Shown here piece after piece: positions 8,474 to 18,499 of a stretch of DNA of 64,000 nucleotides. The DNA is from Capsulimonadales bacterium (lineage in GTDB: Bacteria; Armatimonadota; Armatimonadia; Armatimonadales; Armatimonadaceae), in NCBI GenBank assembly GCA_033762295.1, contig JANRLW010000038.1:1-64000 (forward strand), read 5' to 3'. The position numbers were made by a program, and so were the translations under genes. How positions within the stretch are numbered: the stretch's first letter is position 1; the number at the start of each line of letters is the position of its first letter. The notes below the pieces were generated by a model. The model had not been told where the DNA came from, made no database searches, and was given only the letters and a program-made list of their open reading frames with translations.

Positions 8474-10687
8474 ATGGACCATGCCGCTCCTCCTTCAAAG
8501 CCGCTGGGCGGGTTTGCATGGGCGGTGCTACTGTCGCTTCTCCTTCTGACTCTGTTCCTGATGTCGCCACCGCGCGCCCAGTCCGACTCGGCGGCAGCCG
8601 ACCGGTTTTCGGCGACCCGCGCCATGGAGACCGTGCGGGCCCTCGCACAGGTTCCTCATCCGCCCGGCACCCGCGAACATGACCGGGTCCGCGACGAGAT
8701 CGTCGCTCGCTTCCGCGCCCTCGGCTGCGAGACGCAGGTGCAAAAATCGATCGTCGTTCGAGACTTCGACTACTGCCTCAAAGCGGCCACCACGGAAAAT
8801 ATCATCGCCTATCTGCCAGGCTACCGGGATTCCGATCGTCTCCTCCTGCTGACCGCGCACTACGATTCGCACGGAATCGGTCCGGGCGCGGGCGACGACG
8901 CCGCCGGAGTCGCCGCACTTCGGGAAACGGCCAGGGCGCTTCTGAACGATTCCCCGTCCGACATCCCCGTCGCGTTTCTGATCACCGACGCCGAGGAGCA
9001 GGGATTGCTCGGAGCCCGCGCCTTCGTGGAGAACGCCGCCCGATTCGAAAACGGACGGTTCGACCCGCGGAAGCGGGATATCATCGCCCTGAACTTCGAA
9101 GGACGCGGCGCGGGCGGTCCGGTCTTCATGTTTGAAACCGGAAACGGCAATCGGAGCCTGATCGACGCCCTCGCCGCGACGCCGCGCCCGTCCGCCAACA
9201 GCCTGATGTACGCCCTGTATCGGTTATTGCCGAATGACACCGACCTCACCGTTCTCAAACAGGCCGGTATGCGCGGGATGAACTTCGCGTTCGCCGACCG
9301 CTGGGCGCACTACCATACCGCTCTGGACCGCCCGGAAGGGCTGGACCCGCGCAGTCTTCAGCACCACGGGGAGTACGCCGTCTCCCTGGTCCGCCGACTG
9401 CGCAACGACTGGCCCCGCGCCGGGGCGGAGGATGCGATCTATTTCGACCTCTTCGGACGGGTTCTGATCCGGTATCCGACCTATGTCAGTTACCTTCTGG
9501 CCTTGATCGGGGTGGGACTGTATGCGGAGGCGTTCCGACGACGAAAAGGGCGCAACTCCGTTCCGCCGGGCTTTACGGTCGGGATCGGCGTCTTTTTTCT
9601 CACCCTGGTTCTGGGCGGTCTTCTCGGATACCTGGTCACCCTGGCGATGACTCCGTTCCGCCAGGGAACGCCCTACGAGGATACCCACGCACCCCGCTGG
9701 TTCGAGGGCGCGTTCTTCTGCCTGGTCTTCGGCGCGATCCTGGCGGTCTGGCTGCCGTTGCTGCGCCGCCATTCGACGATCGGGCTTTCCCTGGGCGCGC
9801 TCCTCGGCTGGCTGCTACTTCTGATTGTGACCACGCTGCTGCTGCCGGGCGCGTCCTATCTGTTTTTCTGGCCGCTCTTCTTCGTCCTTCCGGCGCTTTT
9901 ATGGCGGGATACTCCCCCGGCCCCGGTTATTCTGGGCGCGATTCCGACCGTGATTCTCTATACGCCGATCTGGCACGGGCTGGCGTTGATGCTCGGCTTC
10001 GGTAATCCGCCGGCGCTCGGGGTGACCCTCGCCTTCGTCTTCGCGCCCCTGCTCCCGACACTCCGGGCCGTGGTCGGTCTCCATGTCCTGTCCCCCGTCG
10101 CCTTCGCCGTCTGCGGCGTTCTGCTGTTCGTTGTCGGCGGCGTTCGATCGAACGGCCCGCGCACCAATACGCTGTTCTTCGCTCAGGACACGGACAGCAA
10201 CGCCGCCTTCTGGGCGACACACGAGGAGAAGGACGACCGCTGGCTGAGCGAGTTTCTCGGCGGGTCGGCGGAGCGGCGGGAGGGCCGTTACTTCTATCCG
10301 TGGCTGGAGAAGCCGTTACGGACGGCGTCCGCGCCACCGCAGACACTCCCCCCGCTGTCGGTGACGCGTAACGGCGATACTCTGACCGTCCGCTCCGCCC
10401 GGTCCCCGCAGGAGATCATCCTTTCCTCCGACCGTCCGATCCGCCGGGCGACCGTCGCCGGGCGGACATTTGACCTCCGAAACCGTCCGTTTTGCCTGCG
10501 GTTCCTTGCGCCGCCCGACGATCGGGTGACGCTGACGGTCGAGGCCGAGCCGGACACGCTTTTTACCTTGACGGAGTATACGTTCGGGCTTCCCTATCCG
10601 GTGCCGCCCCGGCCGGCCCATCGAATCGCCGCTCCCGTTTCCCCCCTGACCGACACGACGCTGACCCGACGGACGCTTCGCTGGTAG
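8474..10687 (+). CDS. M28-family membrane metallopeptidase (ERMP1/Pff1-like)
   Basis: AHYDS, GAGDD, DAEEQGLLGA, NFEGRG, NDTD and YHT motifs, followed by multiple TM helices. Confidence 0.88.
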   Translation: MDHAAPPSKPLGGFAWAVLLSLLLLTLFLMSPPRAQSDSAAADRFSATRAMETVRALAQVPHPPGTREHDRVRDEIVARFRALGCETQVQKSIVVRDFDYCLKAATTENIIAYLPGYRDSDRLLLLTAHYDSHGIGPGAGDDAAGVAALRETARALLNDSPSDIPVAFLITDAEEQGLLGARAFVENAARFENGRFDPRKRDIIALNFEGRGAGGPVFMFETGNGNRSLIDALAATPRPSANSLMYALYRLLPNDTDLTVLKQAGMRGMNFAFADRWAHYHTALDRPEGLDPRSLQHHGEYAVSLVRRLRNDWPRAGAEDAIYFDLFGRVLIRYPTYVSYLLALIGVGLYAEAFRRRKGRNSVPPGFTVGIGVFFLTLVLGGLLGYLVTLAMTPFRQGTPYEDTHAPRWFEGAFFCLVFGAILAVWLPLLRRHSTIGLSLGALLGWLLLLIVTTLLLPGASYLFFWPLFFVLPALLWRDTPPAPVILGAIPTVILYTPIWHGLALMLGFGNPPALGVTLAFVFAPLLPTLRAVVGLHVLSPVAFAVCGVLLFVVGGVRSNGPRTNTLFFAQDTDSNAAFWATHEEKDDRWLSEFLGGSAERREGRYFYPWLEKPLRTASAPPQTLPPLSVTRNGDTLTVRSARSPQEIILSSDRPIRRATVAGRTFDLRNRPFCLRFLAPPDDRVTLTVEAEPDTLFTLTEYTFGLPYPVPPRPAHRIAAPVSPLTDTTLTRRTLRW

Positions 10688-10709
10688 GCGACCGCTTCGC
10701 GGTTCGGTC

Positions 10710-11318
10710 CTATCGCGCCGCGACGTCCGTGGCCGGATCGGTCTCCTGCGATGCGGACAGGAGGTCACAGAGGACGCGTTCACGATCCCGCGCGCCGAAA
10801 ATGTAATGCTGCACGACCTGATCCCGATACTTCGCGCCATGGATTACGGTCGGCATGGGTGTGCCGTCGGCGCGAAACGGGATCAGTTTGGCGGAGGTAA
10901 CCGGAGTGGTCTCCTTCGTCGGCTTGCCGTTTCGAAACACCGGCGTCCGCCAGGAGGAGACGGCGGTCAGGGACAACGCCCAGCGTCCTTCCGGCAGTTT
11001 CGGTCGTCCCAGCCCGTAGTATTCCATTCCCGGGGTTTCCTGCGGAACGACGGTCAGATCGGCGACCCGTTCGACCGGCAGCGAAACGCGTTTGCCGTCC
11101 ACGATCCCTTCGAAGGTCGCCTTCAGGGTTCCGTTCAGGGCATAACAGCCGCCTGCCCGATAGACGAGAACACAGTCCCGGAGGCGCGCGTCGTGCTCCG
11201 GGCGGGGCGGTTCCGCCAGAATGCCGAACCCGCCGGCGTTCACGCCCGTCCCTACCGCTCCGACGGCGACCATCACCGCCGTCGCCCTTCTCCCGATCTG
11301 ACGATACATACTTGCCAC
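10710..11318 (-). CDS. Hypothetical secreted protein
   Basis: Signal-peptide-like N-terminus, GAGG upstream, fills the intergenic gap. Confidence 0.65.
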   Translation of the reverse strand: MASMYRQIGRRATAVMVAVGAVGTGVNAGGFGILAEPPRPEHDARLRDCVLVYRAGGCYALNGTLKATFEGIVDGKRVSLPVERVADLTVVPQETPGMEYYGLGRPKLPEGRWALSLTAVSSWRTPVFRNGKPTKETTPVTSAKLIPFRADGTPMPTVIHGAKYRDQVVQHYIFGARDRERVLCDLLSASQETDPATDVAAR

Positions 11319-11466
11319 CTCGCTGTCTCCCGGATCGGACGCTATTTTGTCCGACGGTTTCGACCCCGCGAGCAGTCCGTTTCTTCAAAAAATAGCAAAC
11401 GCCGGGGACATTCCCGGCGTTCTTTTCCCTGGTCCGGTCAGGCATTATGGGCCTGTCCGATTGGGC

Positions 11467-11772
11467 CTAACGGGCCTGTTTTGCCGGTTGATCGAGCAGA
11501 ACCGCCCGACTGATCGTTTCACCATCCAGCCAGAAATGCTGAAACGGCGCTTCGGAAAGCCGCATACGGACGATATCGACATACTCGATCAGTCCGAGTT
11601 CGGCGCGAAACTGCGTCGCAGTGTCTCCATCGGTGAAACAGGCCAGGTGTTCCCGGCCTCCCTGACGCAGGCAGATGAACTCCGAGGTCTCCAGGTGCTG
11701 CAATGCATAGACTTTTTGAGACACCGGCACCATGGCGTGCAGCGGCTTTTTGTCGTTCATTCGATCTTTCAT
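11467..11772 (-). CDS. Small hypothetical protein
   Basis: 101-aa ORF with globular composition in an otherwise empty gap. Confidence 0.6.
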   Translation of the reverse strand: MKDRMNDKKPLHAMVPVSQKVYALQHLETSEFICLRQGGREHLACFTDGDTATQFRAELGLIEYVDIVRMRLSEAPFQHFWLDGETISRAVLLDQPAKQAR

Positions 11773-11960
11773 TTAAGTTCCGTTCTATGTCTCGTTATGG
11801 CGCTCTCACCCCTGTATCGGTTCGCCTCCGGCGAAGGTTTGGCCATTCGAGTCTCTCTATTCATAGAGACGAAAACCGAAATTTCCACGTTCCGAAACGA
11901 TCGGCGACACGAAACGTTCCGTGTCCGGAAACTTATCGCGAATTTTTCCGTAGGGTAATC

Positions 11961-12989
11961 GTGAAACAAAAATCGACCGAAATCCGCGAGTTCCTGTCCT
12001 CCCCGTACTTTCCGTACATCGCGGGCGCGACCGCTCTGGGTCTTTGCGCGGCGGTACCTGCCGCCGCCGCCTGGCTCTTCCTGCATCCGCCGCGCGCCTT
12101 TAACAGGACCAATCCCCGAGCGGGTCGGGGGTTGCCCTACGACCGGGTGCGGTTCACCAGCGCGGACGGAACCCGGATTCGGGCATGGCATATTCCCGCG
12201 CCGACGGAGACGCGCCCGCGCGGGATCGTGATCGTCTGCCACGGATACACCGGCAACCGGGCCACCATGCTCCCCTACGCGGATTTCCTCCATCATGCCG
12301 GGTACGTCACCCTGCTCCCCGAATTCCGGGCGCACGGATGGAGCGGAGGCAGTCGTATCTCCTTCGGTATCGGGGAATCGCTGGACCTTCGGGCGGCGAT
12401 CGAATGGGTGCAGGGACACGAGGAGTTACGCCATCTGCCGTTGATCCTTCTCGGGGAGAGTATGGGCGCCGCGGTCGTTCTCCTGGTCGCGGCGGAGATT
12501 CCGGGAGTCTGTGCGGTCATCGCCGATTCCCCGTACGCCCGGTTCGATATCGCCGTCGAGGGGCGGTTCATCACCATGATGGGCGAGAAAGTCGGGCCTC
12601 GGGTCGCGCCGTTCGTTCGGCGCATCGGGGAGCGAATGCTCGGTATCCGCAGCGAGGACATCGCGCCGGAATTGGTGGTCGGACGCGTTGCGCCACGCCC
12701 CGTACTGCTGATTCAGGGGCTCGCCGACCGACTGATCCATCCCCGGAACGCACACCGCATTCTGAATGCCGCGCCGGGGAATGTCACGCTCTGGGAGGTT
12801 CCCGACGCCGACCACGTCATGTCGGTCTACCTGGTCAAAGAGGAGTACGCGCGACGTGTGCTCGCGTTCCTGGACGACGTTCTTGGAGACTCTTCCGCGG
12901 AGTGCTCCTGTCCCCCGGAACCGGGGGACAGGGACGAGATTCAAATCTCCGAAACCGCCCGCTCGATAATGCTGCGGGCGACGGACTGA
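11961..12989 (+). CDS. Membrane-anchored alpha/beta hydrolase
   Basis: CHGY oxyanion loop, GESMG nucleophile elbow, QGLAD and DH catalytic residues; likely GTG start at 11961. Confidence 0.85.
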   Translation: MKQKSTEIREFLSSPYFPYIAGATALGLCAAVPAAAAWLFLHPPRAFNRTNPRAGRGLPYDRVRFTSADGTRIRAWHIPAPTETRPRGIVIVCHGYTGNRATMLPYADFLHHAGYVTLLPEFRAHGWSGGSRISFGIGESLDLRAAIEWVQGHEELRHLPLILLGESMGAAVVLLVAAEIPGVCAVIADSPYARFDIAVEGRFITMMGEKVGPRVAPFVRRIGERMLGIRSEDIAPELVVGRVAPRPVLLIQGLADRLIHPRNAHRILNAAPGNVTLWEVPDADHVMSVYLVKEEYARRVLAFLDDVLGDSSAECSCPPEPGDRDEIQISETARSIMLRATD

Positions 12990-13828
12990 ATACCGGTGTG
13001 CTCGTAGTAGTTGGTCGAGGAGTCGAGGAACCCGGCGACGAAGTCCAGTTTGTCATCGCTGATGTCCACGAAACGCCGCAGTGAGTCGGCGACACTGTGC
13101 TGCGTGATTCCGCGCTCCGCCACCAGGCCGCCGATCCAGTTTCGAACGGCTCCGAAGTTCTGTGTGAGGAAACCCAGTTGCCCCATCGTATCGCCGCCGG
13201 GCACCATTCCGCGAATCCGTTGGAAGAGCGTATTCTGTTCCAGGTCCTGCGGCCTGGTCTGGCCCTCCAGAATATCCGCCACCTTGTTCAAAAAGTTGTC
13301 GCCGAGCGGGATCACACCGTCGAACGCCACCAGGGCGGACATCCGGATCAGGGACTCTCGTTCGTAGGCGCCAAGAGCCTGCACGAAGTCGCCGATACTG
13401 TCGCCGGGCAGTCCGTTGGTCTGGGTGAACGCGATCAATTCGGCAATCAGTTTGAGCGACAGATCGAGCGTCTGCACCTTATCCGCCTTCGGGGTGATCT
13501 TTGACAGGAAGGACAGGAAGCCGACCTTCTCGCCGACCTTGTTCGCCATCGCCGCCATGCCGAGGGCCTTATCGGTATTGTCCACCGTCTGGTAGATCCA
13601 GATGGCCCGCTGGTAGCCCTGGGACGCATCGTTATACAGTTCGATCGCCCGGTTGCGGATACGGAAGACGGTTTGCGGGTCGGTTTCTCCGGTGACCAGA
13701 GAGATCGTATTTTCGAAGCCGATCGGGTTCTGCCACTGTCCCGGGGCGACGAAATCGAGGGCACGCAGAACGCGAACGGTCACATTGTCCGCCGGAAGCG
13801 AATCCACCAGTTGATAAATCGGGGTCAT
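12941..13828 (-). CDS. Conserved hypothetical helical protein (family I recall from cyanobacteria)
   Basis: AAAGG upstream; highly expressed-type codon usage; segments LYNDASQGYQRAIWIYQTVD and NGLPGDSIGDF. Confidence 0.8.
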   Translation of the reverse strand: MTPIYQLVDSLPADNVTVRVLRALDFVAPGQWQNPIGFENTISLVTGETDPQTVFRIRNRAIELYNDASQGYQRAIWIYQTVDNTDKALGMAAMANKVGEKVGFLSFLSKITPKADKVQTLDLSLKLIAELIAFTQTNGLPGDSIGDFVQALGAYERESLIRMSALVAFDGVIPLGDNFLNKVADILEGQTRPQDLEQNTLFQRIRGMVPGGDTMGQLGFLTQNFGAVRNWIGGLVAERGITQHSVADSLRRFVDISDDKLDFVAGFLDSSTNYYEHTGIQSVARSIIERAVSEI

Positions 13829-13853
13829 TTCCTATCAGCCTTTCCCAAATCGT

Positions 13854-14435
13854 TTACTTCGCCATATTCGCCAGACCGCTCAGATCGAACTTTTGCAGCC
13901 AGGCTTCCCGGTCGCGTGCCGAGAAGGAGGAATCGGTCGAGCGCACCTGCACCTGGAACTTCTCCCCAACCAGGATCGACGAGCCCTGACTGCCAACGTT
14001 CGACGCGGGATAGCCGCCGACCTCCTGCGTGCTGCGATTGTACTTTTCGAGAGCGGACAGGTTCGCGGCGATATCGGAAACGGAGAGCGTGGCGACCTTT
14101 TTTCCGCCTTTACGGAGTTCGGCCATCGCGAACCCTTTTTTCTCCTGGGTGAAAACGACATCGAAGCCATCGCCATCCTTCGGGAAGTGCCGGTTGAAAT
14201 CGCCGCCCTGCGCGACCGGGCCGGTCGGCGCCGGGATGCTCCCCGGTTGACGCGCCATCATCCCGCCGCCTGCGGGGGGAGATGTCGAGGTACGTTCCGA
14301 CGCCGGGTTTCCCGGAGGCGGAGTCGGAGCGGTTTCCGTTCCCGCATCGCATCCGACCAGCATGAAAACGCCGATCGCGGCCAGCGATGGCAGCCAGCGG
14401 CGACCGCCGCGAGAATGTATGAACGTGTTGATCAC
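13854..14435 (-). CDS. Conserved hypothetical lipoprotein
   Basis: Lipobox LVGC, Pro-rich linker, then FNRHFP..QEKKGFA..REAWLQKFDL domain. Confidence 0.8.
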   Translation of the reverse strand: MINTFIHSRGGRRWLPSLAAIGVFMLVGCDAGTETAPTPPPGNPASERTSTSPPAGGGMMARQPGSIPAPTGPVAQGGDFNRHFPKDGDGFDVVFTQEKKGFAMAELRKGGKKVATLSVSDIAANLSALEKYNRSTQEVGGYPASNVGSQGSSILVGEKFQVQVRSTDSSFSARDREAWLQKFDLSGLANMAK

Positions 14436-14579
14436 GGATACCTGACCTTTCTCTGTGCGTGAGAAACAGTGGGGGAGTCGGAGGTACGGCCCGACATCCC
14501 CCGGTATTGTGACCGATTTGCGGCGAAAAGGTTGTGCTGCCGAAGCATCCTCAACCCCGTCGGCGGAACCTTCCGGCGG

Positions 14580-15557
14580 TTAACGCCGTTCCATAACACC
14601 GACCAGCGACTGAAGGTCGAAGTCGCGGTCCCGGCCGGAAAGGCAGATTCCCGAACTGACGACGGTGAGGTCGCCCCGGGAGATTGCCGACGTATGCACC
14701 CGACCGTCGCCGGTCGTCCATTCCACCAGGTAGTATTCGCCCCGGTCGTTGAAGTCCCGGAGTTCGCCTCCGCCGGTACGTAACGCCTGGCGCAGCCGTC
14801 GCTCGTCTCCGGTATCGCGCGGCTGCCCCCGGTGAATGCGCGGGCCGTACCAACCCGGGTCGTCCTGTTCGCGGACATCGGCCTCGAACGCTCGTCGGGC
14901 CTGCTCGCGCTGCCGTCGACCCTCGCGTTCCGCCTCCCGGCGGGCGCTTGCCTGACGCTCCCGGCGTCGTTGTCGGAACCGGGGGTCCGCCTGCGCGGCC
15001 AGTTCGTAGACGGTCCGCATCTCCGGGGTCCGACCGGCGAACATCGGAACGTCCGGTTCGACCGTTTGACGGAACGCCTCGCGCAGCGCCTCCGTCGGCG
15101 CGGTGTCCGCGCGCCGGTCGGACGCGGCGAAAAACCACGTACCGCCGACGGCGTGCGCGACGATCGGTTCGAAACGTCCCCCCTCGGTCACCAGATGCAC
15201 CGCCACCGGGCGTGGCGGACCGAACCGCTGGTTCATATCCGCTTCGTTGGCAGGGTAGGCGAGCCAGATCGTTCCGCCAAGCGGTCGGGCAAGGCGCAGG
15301 CGCAGACGGGGAAACAGCGACAGATAGGCGTCGATCAGCGGCAGGTCCGCCTCCTCGACCAACCGCGCCGTCTCCCCGTCCGGGCGGAACACGCCCCACC
15401 CCTCGAAATCGGCCGGAGCGGTCCGGAAGGTCCGCACGATCCCGGCAACGCGCGTCCGTACCCGGCCGCCCTGCGGGCAGGGCGCGACAAACCGCGTCCC
15501 CTCGAACGCCGCCTCCGCCTCCGCCATCCGTGCCAGCATGTCTCGAACGTTTCGCAT
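14580..15557 (-). CDS. Conserved hypothetical protein
   Basis: GAGGT RBS before ATG 15557; C-terminal SGICLSGRDRDFDLQSLVGVM segment; central charged coiled region. Confidence 0.75.
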   Translation of the reverse strand: MRNVRDMLARMAEAEAAFEGTRFVAPCPQGGRVRTRVAGIVRTFRTAPADFEGWGVFRPDGETARLVEEADLPLIDAYLSLFPRLRLRLARPLGGTIWLAYPANEADMNQRFGPPRPVAVHLVTEGGRFEPIVAHAVGGTWFFAASDRRADTAPTEALREAFRQTVEPDVPMFAGRTPEMRTVYELAAQADPRFRQRRRERQASARREAEREGRRQREQARRAFEADVREQDDPGWYGPRIHRGQPRDTGDERRLRQALRTGGGELRDFNDRGEYYLVEWTTGDGRVHTSAISRGDLTVVSSGICLSGRDRDFDLQSLVGVMERR

Positions 15558-15580
15558 CCTGCCTACCTCATTTCCTGCCC

Positions 15581-15609
15581 TTGACGATTTTCCGGGCGGG
15601 TTATACAAT
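15581..15609 (+). promoter_or_regulatory. sigma70-type promoter, leaderless-type (ATG 7 nt downstream)
   Basis: TTGACG-17 bp-TACAAT. Confidence 0.7.
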
Positions 15610-15616
15610 CGCCACC

Positions 15617-16744
15617 ATGGGAAGCGCCTACACGCCCGGTCTGACCGTCAGCGAGGACACTATTATTTCGAAGACGCGCCGTCTGCCGCTAAAGGGAACG
15701 GTGCTGGTCGAACGGGGACAGGAGGTCGCGCCCGATACCGTCGTCGCCCGCGCGGACCTGCCCGGCATCATGCATTCGGTCAAGGCTGCGTCCATTCTGG
15801 GCTGCGATCCGGAGGATGTTCCCCACTCGTTGCTGGTGCAGGTTGGCGATCCGGTGACACGCGGTCAGGTGATCGCGCGGACGACCGGCCTCTGGGGCCT
15901 GTTCAAGTCGGAGGCGAAGGCGACGACCACCGGTACGGTGGAGATCGTCTCGCCGGTGACAGGTAACGTCGGCATTCGCGAGACGCCGACGCCGATCGAG
16001 GTGTCGGCCTATATCGGCGGTACGGTAACGGAGATTCTTTCCGGCGAAGGGGTCGTCATCTCCACGCGCGGAGCGTTCGTACAGGGCATCTTCGGGGTGG
16101 GCGGCGAGCGGCGTGCGCGGTTACGAACGGTTTCCGGCGCTCCCGACGCCGTGCTGACCGGGAACGAGATCACGCCCGATCTGGCGGGGTGGACGATTGT
16201 CGGCGGGGCGCGTGTCACCGGCGAGGCGCTGAAAAAGGCCGCGGAATCGGGCGTCGTCGGAATCATCGTCGGCGGCATCACCGATACCGATCTGATCGAG
16301 TTCCTCGGCTACGATATCGGGGTCGCGATTACCGGCCATGAAGATATTCCCCTCACTCTCGTCCTTACCGAAGGGTTCGGTAAGATCGCGATGGCACGCC
16401 GGACCTACGACCTGCTGCGTTCCCGTGACGGGCAGTATGCCTCCTTCTCCGGAGCCACCCAGATCCGTGCCGGAGTGATCCGCCCCGAGGTCATCATCGA
16501 AGGGCGTCCGGCCGGGGCCTCCGACGCGCCGGCGGACGCAGCGGCCTCGGACTCCTCACTCGCCATCGGCACCGCCATCCGGATCATCCGCGAGCCGTAC
16601 TTCGGTCGTCTGGCGACCGTCACCGGCCTGCCCCCGGAACTGGTGCGGGTGGAATCCGGCGCGGAAGTTCGCGTCCTTCAGGCCCGCTTGTCCGGCGGGG
16701 AGAGCGTCACGGTCCCACGCGCCAACGTCGAGCGGATACTGTAA
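15617..16744 (+). CDS. Conserved hypothetical protein with barrel-sandwich-hybrid repeats and a KOW-like C-terminus
   Basis: MGSAYTPGL, RRLPLKGTVLV..G..V, QGIFGVGGER, GATQIRAGVIRPE and VPRANVE. Confidence 0.8.
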   Translation: MGSAYTPGLTVSEDTIISKTRRLPLKGTVLVERGQEVAPDTVVARADLPGIMHSVKAASILGCDPEDVPHSLLVQVGDPVTRGQVIARTTGLWGLFKSEAKATTTGTVEIVSPVTGNVGIRETPTPIEVSAYIGGTVTEILSGEGVVISTRGAFVQGIFGVGGERRARLRTVSGAPDAVLTGNEITPDLAGWTIVGGARVTGEALKKAAESGVVGIIVGGITDTDLIEFLGYDIGVAITGHEDIPLTLVLTEGFGKIAMARRTYDLLRSRDGQYASFSGATQIRAGVIRPEVIIEGRPAGASDAPADAAASDSSLAIGTAIRIIREPYFGRLATVTGLPPELVRVESGAEVRVLQARLSGGESVTVPRANVERIL

Positions 16745-16814
16745 TCGGCCCCCGCCCGGTCGTGTGGCTGCCCCCTCCCTTGATTCGCCCTGGCGTTTTA
16801 TGCTTCAATGTCCC

Positions 16815-17885
16815 ATGGACGTTGCGATTCTGGGCGCTTCGGGAGACTGCGGTCGGGAGATCGCCAGTCAACTGGTCGCGTCGCGCCTCCTCGCCCCGAC
16901 GGAACGGATGCAGATGGTCGGACGGGCGGAGGGTGCGTCCGCCCGTGTTCTCTACGGTCTGGCTGCCGATCTTGCCGACGCGCATGCCGAATATATTCCG
17001 GAAGTCGACGTCGCCCTGGACCCGTCGGAAGTCGTCGCCGATCTCTGGGTCGTCGCCTGCGGACGAACGATCGAGAAGAACGGTCCGTCCGACCGGAACA
17101 TGCTGGCGGAGAGCAACGGCCCTATCTTCGCCGCCTACGCCGATGCCCTGGCCCGCTACGGCCAGGGTTCCGAGATCGCCATCATCGTCTCGAATCCGGT
17201 GGAACTGGGCGTCGCGATCTTCGCGGAGGCGATCGGACGGCATCGGGTGATCGGGATCGGCGCGTTTCAGGACTCGTTGCGTTTCCGCCGCGAGATCGCC
17301 TCCGATCTGGGCGTGCGCCGTCAGCGGGTGAGCGGTTTCATGCTCGGTGAACACGGCGTCAATCAGGTGCCGCTCTGGTCGAGCGTCGGGGTCTACGGCA
17401 TGGCCCGGGGCGATGTCGCCGCCGCCATTCGCAACCTGCGCCGGGGAACCGAGGCCGTTCCTTTTGATGATATGGTTCGCGACGGGCGCGACGAGATGAC
17501 CGCCCTGATCGCCGGTGACGATATCGCGGGCGCGTTTCGCCGTCTGGAAAGTCTGCCGCCCGACCTGCGCGTGGTTTTGAAGCCGATCGTCACTCACCTT
17601 TCGGGAGCCAAAACCGTGATGGCGACCGCCAACGTCACCATCGAACTGTTGAAAACGCTTCTCGGCGGGCATGAAGCCCTGATCGCCGCGCAGGTCGTGA
17701 CCGAGCCGGAGGAGTACTACGGACTGAAGGGACCGCTGGGCGTTCCGATCATCGTCGGACCGCAGGGGGTTCTGCGCGTGGTGGAGACGCCGGTGACGTC
17801 GGACGAGTTGCAGCGCCTGACGGCGGTTTCGCGCACCGTCGCCGGGCATATCGATCACTGGATGGCGAAACTCGGAAAGAGGTGA
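16815..17885 (+). CDS. Lactate/malate dehydrogenase superfamily protein (atypical)
   Basis: ILGASGDCG Rossmann loop, VSNPVE, DSLRFR and catalytic His in GEHG. Confidence 0.85.
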   Translation: MDVAILGASGDCGREIASQLVASRLLAPTERMQMVGRAEGASARVLYGLAADLADAHAEYIPEVDVALDPSEVVADLWVVACGRTIEKNGPSDRNMLAESNGPIFAAYADALARYGQGSEIAIIVSNPVELGVAIFAEAIGRHRVIGIGAFQDSLRFRREIASDLGVRRQRVSGFMLGEHGVNQVPLWSSVGVYGMARGDVAAAIRNLRRGTEAVPFDDMVRDGRDEMTALIAGDDIAGAFRRLESLPPDLRVVLKPIVTHLSGAKTVMATANVTIELLKTLLGGHEALIAAQVVTEPEEYYGLKGPLGVPIIVGPQGVLRVVETPVTSDELQRLTAVSRTVAGHIDHWMAKLGKR

Positions 17886-17889
17886 CGGG

Positions 17890-18372
17890 GTGAACGTTCT
17901 GCCCGAACATACGCTGGTACTGCGGCTGACCGACCGTCCCGGCGCGATGGAGTCGATCGCCGCCACGTTCGCCCATCGTGGTATTTCGCTCTGCTGGACC
18001 CTCGGCAACGACGGTTCGACATCGCCGGACGGTCAGGCGCTGGTCATCGTCCATTTCCGGGCGACGGTGACGCACAAGGAAGCGGTGAAGCGGGTACTGA
18101 CCCGTCTGACCCGTATCGTATCCGTCACCGAACCGGCGGCGGACGGGACGGCGGTACGGCTCTGCGCTCTTGTCCGCCTTCAGCCGGACGGGACCGCTCC
18201 GGTCTTGCCCGTTGGGGCGTCCGGCCATATCGACTTCGTTGCGCAGGATCCGCAGTCCGGCGAAGCCATCTACTCGCTCACCGGTCCGTCCGAGGTCATC
18301 GCCCCCATTTTGAGCGACCTGCACCGTTCCGGAACCGCCCGAACCATCACCCAGGTTCTGCTCGCACTTTAG
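17890..18372 (+). CDS. ACT-domain protein (IlvH/IlvN-like regulatory fold)
   Basis: LVLRLTDRPGAMESIAATFAHRGISL; starts 4 bp after the dehydrogenase stop. Confidence 0.75.
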   Translation: MNVLPEHTLVLRLTDRPGAMESIAATFAHRGISLCWTLGNDGSTSPDGQALVIVHFRATVTHKEAVKRVLTRLTRIVSVTEPAADGTAVRLCALVRLQPDGTAPVLPVGASGHIDFVAQDPQSGEAIYSLTGPSEVIAPILSDLHRSGTARTITQVLLAL

Positions 18373-18499
18373 CCGGGGTCAGGCATCCCCCGGATGCCAC
18401 CGTTCCGCCGGCCTTGCCCCTTTACAGTGTTTCGGGCAACGGTTACCATAGGGGTGCCGGGCGTTTGCCCGAGCCACCGACAGGGTACAGGGCTATTCG

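Noticed and set aside
11870..11945. Recurring GAAAC/GTTCC words as a CRISPR or iteron array
   Set aside because: No constant repeat or spacer periodicity and no cas genes.
14440..14560. Hairpin-rich leader as a riboswitch
   Set aside because: The first hairpin fits the upstream gene's terminator; no known aptamer consensus.
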